Below, in pieces: positions 19,696 through 28,815 of a DNA stretch of 64,000 nt (positions are counted from its first letter, which is position 1; every line of letters starts with the position of its first letter). The stretch spans positions 8,371-72,370 of the forward strand of contig JAWODB010000123.1 in assembly GCA_046483505.1 (NCBI GenBank). The letters are read 5' to 3'. The notes under the pieces are model-generated. The model was not told the DNA's origin, did no database searches, and saw nothing but the letters and a program-made list of their open reading frames with translations. The DNA is from Phycisphaerae bacterium. GTDB lineage: Bacteria > Planctomycetota > Phycisphaerae > FEN-1346. A program made the translations under genes and the position numbers.

Positions 19696-21087
19696 ATGAA
19701 CCGCCGCTCGTTTCTGAAGGGCCTGGGCGCAGCCGCCCTCGCCCTGCCCGCCCGGGCACGCGCCGCCGAGGCCGACCGCAAGCCCAACATCGTCTACATC
19801 ATCGCCGACGACCTCGGCTACGGCGACCTGAGTTGCTACGGCCAGGAGCATTTCAAGACACCCCACATCGACCGCCTGGCAGCCGAGGGCCTGAAGTTCA
19901 CCCAGCACTACGCCGGCTCGACCGTCTGCGCGCCGTCGCGGTGCGTCCTGATGACCGGCCTGCACACCGGCCACGCCTATGTCCGGGGCAACAAGGAGCA
20001 CAAGCCCGTCGGGCAGGAGCCCATCCCCGCCGATACCGTGACCGTGGCCGAACGCCTGAAGGCGGCCGGCTACACCACCGGCGGATTCGGCAAATGGGGA
20101 CTCGGCTACCCCGGCTCCGAGGGTGACCCCGTCCGCCAGGGCTTCGACGAGTTCTTCGGCTACAACTGCCAGCGCAACGCTCACCGCTACTACCCGAACT
20201 TCCTCTGGCACAACGAGAAGCGCGTGGACCTGGACGGCAAGACGTATTCGCACGCCCTCATCATGGAACGGGCCCTGGACTTCATCCGCCGGCACAAGGA
20301 CGGGCCGTTCTTCTGCTTCATGCCGGTCACGATTCCGCACGCGGCGATGCAGGCGCCGGAGAAGTACGTGGCGCCGTTCCGCGACACGTTCTCCCAGTTC
20401 GCCGACGCCGTCGGCCGGTACGCCGGCACGCAGACGAAGAACCCCGTGGCGGCCTTCGCCGGCATGATGACGGTCCTCGACGAGAGCGTGGGGCAGGTGC
20501 TCGCGCTCCTGGAGGACCTCGGCCTCGATGAGAACACGGTCGTGATGTTCACGAGCGACAACGGGCCGCACCACGAGGGCGGGCACAAACCGCAGTTCTT
20601 CGATTCCAACGGGCCCTTGAAAGGGCACAAGCGCGACCTGACGGAGGGCGGCATCCGCGTGCCGATGCTCGCCCGCTGGCCCGGCCGCATCCGCCCCGGC
20701 ACCACCACGGAGCACATCTCCGGGTTCCAGGACGTGATGCCGACGCTGTGCGACCTCGCCGGCACGGCCGCCCCGGGCGGCATCGACGGCCTCTCGTTCC
20801 TCCCGACGCTCATCGGCCGGGCCGACCGCCAGAAGGCGCACCCGTACCTGTACTGGGAGTTCTACGAGCGGGGCGGCAAACGGGCCGCCCGCAAGGGCCG
20901 ATGGAAGGCCGTCCAGACCGGGCTCCAGAAGAAGTCGCCCGGCCCCGTCCGCCTGTACGACCTGGAGAAGGACCTCGGCGAGACGACGGACGTGGCCGAC
21001 GCCCATCCGGAAATCGTGGCGGAGATGAAACGAATCTTCGCCGAGGCCCACACGCCGTCGGAGATCTGGACGTTCCGCGGGCTGTGA
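19696..21087 (+). CDS. Sulfatase (arylsulfatase family), TAT-exported
   Basis: MNRRSFLKGLGAAALALPARARA signal. NIVYIIADDLGYGDLSCYG, followed by the formylglycine motif CAPSRCVLMTG. Confidence 0.85.
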   Translation: MNRRSFLKGLGAAALALPARARAAEADRKPNIVYIIADDLGYGDLSCYGQEHFKTPHIDRLAAEGLKFTQHYAGSTVCAPSRCVLMTGLHTGHAYVRGNKEHKPVGQEPIPADTVTVAERLKAAGYTTGGFGKWGLGYPGSEGDPVRQGFDEFFGYNCQRNAHRYYPNFLWHNEKRVDLDGKTYSHALIMERALDFIRRHKDGPFFCFMPVTIPHAAMQAPEKYVAPFRDTFSQFADAVGRYAGTQTKNPVAAFAGMMTVLDESVGQVLALLEDLGLDENTVVMFTSDNGPHHEGGHKPQFFDSNGPLKGHKRDLTEGGIRVPMLARWPGRIRPGTTTEHISGFQDVMPTLCDLAGTAAPGGIDGLSFLPTLIGRADRQKAHPYLYWEFYERGGKRAARKGRWKAVQTGLQKKSPGPVRLYDLEKDLGETTDVADAHPEIVAEMKRIFAEAHTPSEIWTFRGL

Positions 21088-21190
21088 AGCGCCACGTTGA
21101 GCCGCCGACTCACGCGTCGACGGCCGTTACTCGTCGACCTTCGGTCGACGGCTCAACACCGCACTGGTGCGCGGTGCACAGTCTTGGGCA

Positions 21191-21221
21191 CCGCGCGGCG
21201 GTCAAGACTGCCCGCCGCGCA
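21191..21221. repeat. Small palindromic element, family 4 (CGCGGCGG-CAAGACTG-CCCGCCGCGCA)
   Basis: Second copy at 38478-38505 (gccgcggcggcaagactgcccgccgcgca), in the rho to big-protein intergenic region. Confidence 0.5.
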
Positions 21222-21289
21222 TCCGGCTTCGGCGCGGCGACCCGGTAGGGCCGCCGCGCGGGACCTATCTTCACGATGGGCCTCCCTTC

Positions 21290-22264
21290 GTGCGAACCGC
21301 CACCGTCCTCCTCGCCATTGCGTGCACCGCCCTGCCGCTCGCCGCCGCCGAACCGCCGGAGTGGGCCACAAAGGACCTGAAGGCCGGCATCATCGGGACG
21401 GACACCTCGCACGTGCCGGCGTTCACGGGCCTCTTCGCCCGGCATCCTGAGTGGCGGGTCAAGGTCGTCGCGGCGTTCAAAGGCGGCAGCCCGGACGTAC
21501 CCGCGAGCGCGAACCGCGTCGAGAAGTTCGCGAAGCAACTCCAGGAGCAGTTCGACGTCGAGATCGTGCCGAGCATCGCGGCCCTGCTCGAAAAGGTCGA
21601 CGTCGTCCTGATCGAGAGCGTGGACGGCCGGCCGCACCTGGCGCAGGCCCAACCCGTCTTCGAGGCCGGCAAACCCTGCTTCATCGACAAGCCGTTCACG
21701 GCGAGCCTGGCCGACGCGCGCCAGATCGTCCGCCTCTCGAAGGAAACCGGCACACCGTTCTTCAGTTGCTCGTGCTCGCGGTTCCAGCCCGAGGTCCAGG
21801 CCCTCGCCCAAGACAGTGGCGTCGGCAAGGTGACGAAGGTCCAGGGCTCGGCCCCGTTCAACGTGGAGCCGCACCACCCGGACCTCTTCTGGTACGGCAT
21901 CCACGGGGTCGAGGCCCTGTACACCGTCATGGGGCCGGGGTGCGTCAGCGTGAAGCGCGAGGCGGGCGAGGAGTTGGACATCACGACCGGCACGTGGAAG
22001 GACGGCCGGATCGGCGTCTTCCGCGGCGTCCGTAAGGGCGACTACAAACCTATCATCAAGGTGTGGGGCACCGAGGGGACCGTCGAGACGAAGGGAGGCT
22101 TCTCCTACGGCGGCCTTGTGGAAGCGATGGCCGAGTTCTTCCACACCCGCAAACCGCCCATCGACCCGGCGGAGACGCTCGAGATCATCGAGTTCATGAC
22201 GGCGGCGCAGCGCAGCAACGAGCGCGGCGGGGCCGAGGTGCGGCTGGAAGAACTGCGGAAGTGA
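21290..22264 (+). CDS. Gfo/Idh/MocA-like oxidoreductase (secreted)
   Basis: Start is likely GTG (VRTATVLLAIACTALPLAAAEPP signal); the track ORF extends to 21167 using non-ATG starts. LKAGIIGTDTSH... and GKPCFIDKPFTASLADARQIVRL match the dinucleotide-binding fold of this family. Confidence 0.55.
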   Translation: MRTATVLLAIACTALPLAAAEPPEWATKDLKAGIIGTDTSHVPAFTGLFARHPEWRVKVVAAFKGGSPDVPASANRVEKFAKQLQEQFDVEIVPSIAALLEKVDVVLIESVDGRPHLAQAQPVFEAGKPCFIDKPFTASLADARQIVRLSKETGTPFFSCSCSRFQPEVQALAQDSGVGKVTKVQGSAPFNVEPHHPDLFWYGIHGVEALYTVMGPGCVSVKREAGEELDITTGTWKDGRIGVFRGVRKGDYKPIIKVWGTEGTVETKGGFSYGGLVEAMAEFFHTRKPPIDPAETLEIIEFMTAAQRSNERGGAEVRLEELRK

Positions 22265-22438
22265 CCGGCGGCGTCCTCGCGGCCGCGGGGTGTATCTCCT
22301 GATGCACCGCGCGCTTCCCGACGGCGCCCGGCCCGCAAGCGGGCCGGCGAACCGCTGACTGCTGCGCCTGTTCGACGTCAGCGAACCTTCCAAGGGGCGC
22401 GCGGCTCGACCTGCAAAGGCGCCTGACATCTTTGTGCG

Positions 22439-23452
22439 CTACAGCGTCCGCCCGACGGCCTCGGCCACCTTGCGGCACGAGGCGACGAGGCGCCCGAGGG
22501 CCTCCGGCGTAATCGACTGGGCCCCGTCCACCAGCGCGGTCTCCGGGTCCGGGTGGACCTCGATGAGGAGCCCGTCGGCCCCCACCGCGACGGCGGCCCG
22601 GCTGACCGCCTCCACCAGGTCGGCCCGGCCGGTGGCGTGACTCGGGTCGGCGATGACCGGCAGGTGGGTCATCCCCTTCAGGGCGGGGATGGCGGCGGCC
22701 GGGAACGTGGCCCGCGTAGCCCGCTCGAACGTGCGGATGCCCCGCTCGCACAGGATGACCTGCGTGTTGCCGCTCGCAAGAACGTACTCGGCGGCCAGGA
22801 GGAACTCCTCCAGCGTGGCGCTCATCCCGCGCTTCAGCAGCACCGCCCGCTCGCTCTCGCCGGCGGCGGCCAGGAGCATGAAGTTCTGCATGTTCCGCGT
22901 GCCGATCTGGAGCACGTCGGCGTAGCGGGCGACCAGCGGCACATGCTCCGGCGCCATGACCTCCGTGACGACGGCCAGGCCGGTCGCCTCACGGGCCTCG
23001 GCCAGGTACTCCAGGCCCTCTTCGCCCAGGCCCTGGAAGGAATACGGCCCCGTCCGGGGTTTGAACGCCCCGCCGCGCAGGGCAACGGCACCGGCCTCAC
23101 GGACGGCCTCGGCGGTCTCGAGCAGCATCGTCCGGTCCTCGACGGCGCACGGCCCGGCGATGAGGCCAACGGCCGTGCCGCCCACGCTGCCCCGACCCAG
23201 CGGGACGACCGTCGGCTCGTGCTTCGTCTCCCGCGAGGCGATCTTGTACGGCACCAGGACGGGCAGGACCTTCTCGACGGCCGGCGCCACGGCGAGTTGC
23301 TCGGGCGCCTTGAACCGCTCGTCGCCGATGCAGGCGACGACCGTCCGCTCGGTGCCCTGGATGAGGTGCGGCTCCAGGCCCATGGCCCGGACGCGTTCGG
23401 CCACGTGTTCGATCTCTGCGTCGGTTGCATTGGGTTCCATGACCACGATCAT
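22439..23452 (-). CDS. 3-deoxy-7-phosphoheptulonate (DAHP) synthase, type I-beta, with N-terminal ferredoxin-like regulatory domain
   Basis: Starts [43 protein letters not shown] (regulatory domain). It is followed by a DAHPS/KDO8PS-family TIM-barrel region (AGPCAVE...[21 protein letters not shown]...[10 protein letters not shown]). Confidence 0.85.
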   Translation of the reverse strand: MIVVMEPNATDAEIEHVAERVRAMGLEPHLIQGTERTVVACIGDERFKAPEQLAVAPAVEKVLPVLVPYKIASRETKHEPTVVPLGRGSVGGTAVGLIAGPCAVEDRTMLLETAEAVREAGAVALRGGAFKPRTGPYSFQGLGEEGLEYLAEAREATGLAVVTEVMAPEHVPLVARYADVLQIGTRNMQNFMLLAAAGESERAVLLKRGMSATLEEFLLAAEYVLASGNTQVILCERGIRTFERATRATFPAAAIPALKGMTHLPVIADPSHATGRADLVEAVSRAAVAVGADGLLIEVHPDPETALVDGAQSITPEALGRLVASCRKVAEAVGRTL

Positions 23453-23865
23453 GTGCCTCCTCCTGTTCGCTCGAGGCCGCCAGGTCCGGTGTGCCAACGA
23501 AAAAGGCTCCGGACCGCGGGGGCCCGGAGCCTTGACCGTTCGACGCGCGGATGCGCTAAGGCAAGGCGCGGGCCCTGTGCCCGAAGCCGACATAAAACCA
23601 GAACCACCCCGCCGCCGGCGCGTGCCGGGCGGTTGCGTTGCATCGCGGGATGATTCGGGTCGTGCACGTCATGGCGTCTCGGCCTTTCGCCTGCCTGACA
23701 TCAACAAGTATACGGACGGCGGGGCCTGTGTCAAGCGCCGCGGGCCGAAAACCGGCCTGCGGCCCCGGCACGGCCTTTTCGGACCCTCTTTGACGAAACT
23801 CTTGCCCGCGGCCGCCGTGCGGCGTATCGTAACAGGGGGCCAGAAACCGCGAGCGACGCTTCCGT

Positions 23866-24660
23866 ATGCCGACCCACGACCGACCGCGCGTGCTCGTCGT
23901 CGAGGACGAGCCCGACATGAACAACCTGCTCGCCGACGTGCTGCGGGCGTTCGACTTCGAGCCCGTGCAGGCGGCCGACGGCCGGGAGGCCCTTCAGTGC
24001 GTCGAGCAGCAGCCCCCCGACGCCGTCATCCTCGATCTCATGCTCCCCGTCATCGGCGGATACGAGGTCTGCCGGCGTCTGAAGACGTCGCGCGCCACCT
24101 GCCGCATCCCGGTCCTCATCCTGACCGCCCTGGACCGGGAACCCAAGCGCCGGACCGCCTACCGGACCGGCGCGGACGAGTATCTGACGAAGCCGTTCGC
24201 GCCCGACGCCCTCATCCAGCGCCTGCAGGCTTGCCTGGAGGAGGCCCGCCGGGCGACCGACGCCCAGGCCGGACAGGTGCGGCTGACCGTGGAACCGTCC
24301 GGTGCCCTGGACGACCTGAAGGGGCCGAACGCGCTGGCCCGCGCGCTGTACGAACGGACGGACCTGGCGTCCGAAACCATCGAGACGCTCCGCGAGCACC
24401 TGTTGGACCTCGTCGAAGACGCCGGCGACCTGGCGTGCGAATGCGGCGGCTCGCGGCTGGTCCGGATCACCATGACGGTGGAGGCGAACCGGTTGCGGGT
24501 GACGGTCGATCCGCTGGCGCCGGCGGCGGAGAGGTTCCTGAACGAGCATCTCGGGCCCGACGCCGCCGCCGCGACGGCCCTGGTCGACGCGGGCGCCGTG
24601 GACCGCGTCCGGCGCGAGGGCGGGAGCGTCGTGATGGAGAAGGCGCTGGGGGACGGGTGA
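23866..24660 (+). CDS. Response regulator (REC domain) with a C-terminal domain of uncertain type (possibly HATPase/anti-sigma-kinase-like)
   Basis: RVLVVEDEPDMNNLLADVL...DAVILDLMLPVIGGYEVCRRLK...PVLILTALD is a canonical receiver. The ~130-aa C-terminal region (ACECGGSRLVRITMTVEANRLRVTVDPLAP) is weakly reminiscent of RsbW/SpoIIAB-like HATPase domains. Confidence 0.7.
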   Translation: MPTHDRPRVLVVEDEPDMNNLLADVLRAFDFEPVQAADGREALQCVEQQPPDAVILDLMLPVIGGYEVCRRLKTSRATCRIPVLILTALDREPKRRTAYRTGADEYLTKPFAPDALIQRLQACLEEARRATDAQAGQVRLTVEPSGALDDLKGPNALARALYERTDLASETIETLREHLLDLVEDAGDLACECGGSRLVRITMTVEANRLRVTVDPLAPAAERFLNEHLGPDAAAATALVDAGAVDRVRREGGSVVMEKALGDG

Positions 24661-24821
24661 GGGGCCGGGGGGCGCTTCCAAGGGGCGCGGCCCGCAAGCG
24701 GGCCGGCGACCATGGGCGCTGACGGGCGCGGCGAGCCGCGCCCGAACCTATCAGAGACCAACACGTGCAGTCCGCGCGGCGGCCCAGGAGAGCCGCCGCG
24801 CGACATCCATGTCCGAGCGAC

Positions 24822-26309
24822 TCACCGCCCGTCGGGCACTTCCTGCGGCGGGCTGAACTCCGAGGGAACCGTGAAGTAGAACCGCGCCCCCCGGCCCAGC
24901 GTCGATTCGTAGTTGATGCTGCCGCCCCACGACTCCACCAGCCGCTGCGCCGTGGACAGGCCGAGCCCCATCCCCGCGACGTTGCCGGTGAACTCCTCCT
25001 CCAGTTGCGAGAAGGCCGAGAAGATCTGCTCCCTCTGGGCGGCGGACACGCCGGGACCGTTGTCGCGGACCGAGACCTGGAGCCAGCGGTTCTCGACCTC
25101 CCGCACGTCCACGCCCACCTCGGCGGGCGTCTTGTCGGCGAACTTGACGGCGTTGTCGAGCAGGTTGTCGACGACGATGGCCAGGAGTTCCTCCGGCGCC
25201 CGGGCGCGGGGCAGGTCGGCCGGCAGGTCCGTCGACCACGCCACCTCGCGGTCCGGATACCGTTCCCTGATGCGGTCGCGGATGCGGCCGACGAGGTCGC
25301 CGAGCGTCACGAGTTGACCGGCCCGCTCCAGTTCGGTGGCCGTCAGCCCCGCGTACGAGAGGACCTTCTCCACGAGGTCCGAGAGTTCCTTGATCTTCGC
25401 GAGCGAGATCCGCACCGACTCGGCCACGGCGTCCGGCACGTCGCCGTACTTGCCCCGGTCGATGAGGCTGAGGTACCCGCTGGCCACGGTGATGGGCGTC
25501 TTGAGTTTGTGGCTGACGAGCGACAGGAAATCGCGTTTCAGTTTCTCCTTTCGGCGCATCTCGCTGATGTCGCGGAAGACGAGTGCCGCGTTGTGCAGCC
25601 GCCCGCCCGGCCCGACGATGCGGGTGTACCGGCCGGCCAGGTACCGCGGCGGCCGGCGGTCTTCCTGCGCCAGTTCCACCGTCACGGCCTCCGCGGTCGA
25701 CTGGCGGAGGGCGTCGAGCGACGGTTCGACCGTAAACCCGTCGAGCACCTCGGCCAGGTTCCGGCCGGTGAGGTCCTCGTCGGTCCGTTCGAGCAGGTCC
25801 GCGGCCCGGCGGCTGACGGTCTCCACGCGCCACTGCCCGTCGGTGATGACGATGCCGTGCGAGAGGTCCTGGATGACGGCGTGGAACTTCTCGCGCTCCG
25901 CCAGCATCGACCGGTAGTACTTGACCTGGAGCAGGCTCTTGACGCGGGCCAGCAGTTCGGCCCGGTCGAACGGCTTGGAGATGAAGTCGTCGGCGCCGGC
26001 CTCCAGGCCGCGGATCCGGTCCTCGGTCTCCTTCAGGGCGGTGACCATGATGACGGGAATGACGGCGGTGGCCTCGTCGGCGCGGAGGCGGCGGCAGACC
26101 TCGAAGCCGTCGACCTTCGGCATCATGATGTCGAGGAGCACCAGATCGGGTTGCTCGGCGTCGACCTGCGCGAGCGCCTGCTCGCCGTCGTAGGCGGCCA
26201 CGGTCTCGTACCCGGCCGCCTGGAGGTTCCGCTCCAGGAGTTTGACGTTGGCGGCGTAGTCGTCGACGACGAGGATCTTGCCGCCCACCTGCTCGGCTTC
26301 ATCGGTCAT
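24822..26309 (-). CDS. Hybrid sensor histidine kinase (REC-PAS-HisKA-HATPase_c)
   Basis: N-terminal receiver (KILVVDDYAANVKLL...LLDIMMPKVDGFEVCRRLR), H-box LSLVSHKLKTPIT, and an ATPase N/G-box region (DNLLDNAVKF...DNGPGV...GMGLGLS). ATG 26309 overlaps the upstream kinase stop by 11 nt. Confidence 0.8.
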   Translation of the reverse strand: MTDEAEQVGGKILVVDDYAANVKLLERNLQAAGYETVAAYDGEQALAQVDAEQPDLVLLDIMMPKVDGFEVCRRLRADEATAVIPVIMVTALKETEDRIRGLEAGADDFISKPFDRAELLARVKSLLQVKYYRSMLAEREKFHAVIQDLSHGIVITDGQWRVETVSRRAADLLERTDEDLTGRNLAEVLDGFTVEPSLDALRQSTAEAVTVELAQEDRRPPRYLAGRYTRIVGPGGRLHNAALVFRDISEMRRKEKLKRDFLSLVSHKLKTPITVASGYLSLIDRGKYGDVPDAVAESVRISLAKIKELSDLVEKVLSYAGLTATELERAGQLVTLGDLVGRIRDRIRERYPDREVAWSTDLPADLPRARAPEELLAIVVDNLLDNAVKFADKTPAEVGVDVREVENRWLQVSVRDNGPGVSAAQREQIFSAFSQLEEEFTGNVAGMGLGLSTAQRLVESWGGSINYESTLGRGARFYFTVPSEFSPPQEVPDGR

Positions 26310-27933
26310 TGTGGTCCCCGTTGGGTTCGGTATCGAGAATGACGCCGGGCCGGGGCGGCGCCTCGCCGCGGCGGACCGCCTCGAGTTCGGCCTCCGTCAC
26401 GAGGTCCCTGAGGAGGGTGACGGTGACGGTGGTGCCGCGGCCGAGTTCGCTTCCGACCTCGATCTGGCCGCCGTGCAGTTCCACCAGCCGCCGCGTCAGC
26501 GCCAGGCCCAGGCCGGTGCCCTCGTGCTTGCGGGTAAGGGAGGAATCCACCTGCGTAAACTCCTCGAACAGGCTGGGCAGGTCTTCCGGGGCGATGCCGG
26601 ACCCCGTGTCGGTCACCTGGAGGCGGACGACCTCCTTCTCGAGGACGGCCCGGACCGCCACCTGCCCGCCGCCCTCCGTGAACTTGATGGCGTTCGAAAG
26701 CAGATTGTAGAGGACCTGCTTCAGTTTCATGGCGTCAGCGGTCAGTTCGAGCGGCCGGGGCGAGACCTCGGCCATCACCTCCACGCCCCGCCGCCGCGCC
26801 AGGCCGCGCGCCACGCGCAGCGTCTCGTCGACCAGGGCGGCCAGGTCCACCGGCGCCAGCGCCAGGTCCATGGCGCCGGACTCCAGTTTGGTGAAGTCGA
26901 GGATGTCGTTGATCATCTGGAGCAGTTGGTGCCCGGCCCGATGGATGTCGTCGGCGAACTCGCGCTGCTCGTCGGTCGTCTCGCCGGCCAGGCCGTCGCG
27001 GATGGCCTCGGCGAAGCCCATGATGGCGTTGAGCGGCGTGCGGAGTTCGTGGCTCATGTTGGCCAGGAACTGCGACTTCAGGCGGCTGGTGCGGCGGAGT
27101 TCGGCGTTGGCCTGGCGGAGTTCGGCCGTCTGTTCGGCCACCTTCTCCTCCAGGCGGTCGGTGTACTCGCGCAGTTGCTGCTGGAGGCGGCGGCTCGTGG
27201 TGATGTCGCGGCAGATGATGGTGTAGCCGATGGGGTCGCCGCCCGGCCCGGTGCGGCGCGTGGTGACGGTGCGGACGGGAAACCGCGTGCCGTCCTGTCG
27301 GAGGCGGGTGCCCTCGCCCTCGTGGCGGCCGTGCATCCGCACCTCGCGCTCCACCAGGAGGGGCACGTCGCGCGCCAGGTCCTCGGGCGGCAGGAGCCGG
27401 GACACCGTCCGGCCCAGGATCTCGTCCGGCTCGTACCCGAACATGCGCCGCGCCCCCTCGTTGAACGTCAGGATGCGCCACGTGGTATCGGTGGCGATGA
27501 TGGCGTACTCGGTGGCGGAGTTCAAGACCGAATCGAGGAACTCGGTGGTCTCGGAGAGTTCGGCCGTCCGCTCGGCCACCCGCCGCTCGAGTTCCTCGTA
27601 CATCTGGCGGAGGTGGTCGGCCATGTCGCGGAACGCGTCGGCGAGTTCGCCGACCTCGTCGCGGCTCCGGACGTCGATCTCGGCCTCGAGGTTCCCCCGG
27701 CCCAGTTCCTCGGCCGCCGAGGCGAGGGCGTGCAGCGGCCGGGCCAACTGGTGTCGAATGAAGATGCCCACCAGGACGAGCAGCACGGTGGCCAGGCCGC
27801 CCGCCGTCGCCGCGAACGCCCGCTCCCACGCCGTCTCGGCCGCCCGGTACAGCCAGACCGTCAGCGCCGCCACGACCAGCGCGCACGCCACGACGTAGAG
27901 GAGGAGTTTCGTGGTCAGTCGGAGGCGTCGCAT
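26299..27933 (-). CDS. Sensor histidine kinase (TM-HAMP-PAS-HisKA-HATPase_c)
   Basis: ATG 27933 (MRRLRLTTKLLLYVVACALVVAALTVWLY). Second transmembrane helix and HAMP region (LARPLHALASAAEELGRGNLEAEI), PAS domain, H-box ANMSHELRTPLNAI, G-boxes (DTGSGI...GTGLGL). Confidence 0.8.
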   Translation of the reverse strand: MRRLRLTTKLLLYVVACALVVAALTVWLYRAAETAWERAFAATAGGLATVLLVLVGIFIRHQLARPLHALASAAEELGRGNLEAEIDVRSRDEVGELADAFRDMADHLRQMYEELERRVAERTAELSETTEFLDSVLNSATEYAIIATDTTWRILTFNEGARRMFGYEPDEILGRTVSRLLPPEDLARDVPLLVEREVRMHGRHEGEGTRLRQDGTRFPVRTVTTRRTGPGGDPIGYTIICRDITTSRRLQQQLREYTDRLEEKVAEQTAELRQANAELRRTSRLKSQFLANMSHELRTPLNAIMGFAEAIRDGLAGETTDEQREFADDIHRAGHQLLQMINDILDFTKLESGAMDLALAPVDLAALVDETLRVARGLARRRGVEVMAEVSPRPLELTADAMKLKQVLYNLLSNAIKFTEGGGQVAVRAVLEKEVVRLQVTDTGSGIAPEDLPSLFEEFTQVDSSLTRKHEGTGLGLALTRRLVELHGGQIEVGSELGRGTTVTVTLLRDLVTEAELEAVRRGEAPPRPGVILDTEPNGDHNDR

Positions 27934-28034
27934 GATGATCACGTCCCAACGGCAACAGCGCGCGGCCCGCGAGCGGGCCGGCGAACACAGGCGTCCTCCC
28001 CCGATCGGGACACGGCCGACGCCCGAGGCCGGCT

Positions 28035-28526
28035 CTACGCGCCGCCCTCGCGGTCGGCGAGGCGCCGGCGGATGTACTGCTCGAACGTCGGCAGGCCGGC
28101 GTCCGTCCACCGCCGCTCGATCCGCGTCTTGATGTGGGCGTTGGCCCGGATGATGGCGTCGACGGCGTCGCGTTCGACGGGGGCGGCGGCCTCGGTCAGC
28201 ATCTCGTCGTGCGAGTCGACCGTGAGGACCCAGTCGCCCGTCTCCGGCACGCGGTCGAGGCCGAGTTTCATGTGCGGGTACCGCGGGTTCCCGAGGCGGA
28301 GGCGAAGGTGCGTGCAGGCATCCGGCGGCGCCTCGCGCGGCGTGCGCTCGAAGGCGTCACCGGCGGCGAGGTCGGCCAGCGTCTTCCCTTCCGGCCACGC
28401 GAGCCGCTCGCGCACGCGGGGCGGCGGCTCCCGGTCGCCGTAGGCCTCCTCCAGGTAGATGCGGACCGCTTCCTCGACGGTTTCGCGGTCGATGTCGTTC
28501 AGGTCCGGCAACGTCTCGTCCTTCAC
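28035..28526 (-). CDS. Hypothetical protein
   Basis: Likely GTG start at 28526 (VKDETLPDLNDIDRETVEEAVRIYLEEAYG...). The track ORF extends to 28670, but that N-terminus is the translation of a REP-like element (…FAGPLAGRAP…). High GC3. Confidence 0.35.
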   Translation of the reverse strand: MKDETLPDLNDIDRETVEEAVRIYLEEAYGDREPPPRVRERLAWPEGKTLADLAAGDAFERTPREAPPDACTHLRLRLGNPRYPHMKLGLDRVPETGDWVLTVDSHDEMLTEAAAPVERDAVDAIIRANAHIKTRIERRWTDAGLPTFEQYIRRRLADREGGA

Positions 28527-28815
28527 ATGCGTGCCGACCGAGGCGAAGGCTATAGCCCTCGCCCAAGGCGCGCGGCCCGCAAGCGGGCCGGCGAACACAG
28601 GCACCCGTGCCCCCGCTCCACCCACCCGACGCGCGGGGCGCGTCTTGCCCCGCCGCGTTCCAGACCGCACGCTTGCACGACCAGAGAGGCCGGTCGTGGC
28701 ACAACCCGCTCAAAGAACATCCTGAAACCGGTGCAGCACGGCCAGCGCTGTCAGGAACACCACCCACACCGCGTAAGCAACGGCGGCGAGGACCATCGGC
28801 CAGCGGCGACGGCCG

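Noticed and set aside
21167-21289. 41-aa N-terminal extension of the second Gfo/Idh/MocA-like ORF (MRGAQSWAPRGGQDCPPRIRLRRGDPVGPPRGTYLHDGPPF).
   Set aside because: Arg/Gly/Pro-rich, starts with a non-ATG codon and overlaps REP family 3/4 elements. The signal peptide begins at the GTG at 21290, which is the more plausible start.
10666-28670. Recurring peptide strings across unrelated track ORFs (FAGPLAGRAP, TCRRRLN, RRVPLGFARDRL, QTVAACDREAG) as possible conserved protein motifs.
   Set aside because: Each maps onto a dispersed DNA repeat family (REP-like elements or the cassette repeat). They are nucleotide-level repeats translated in spurious frames.
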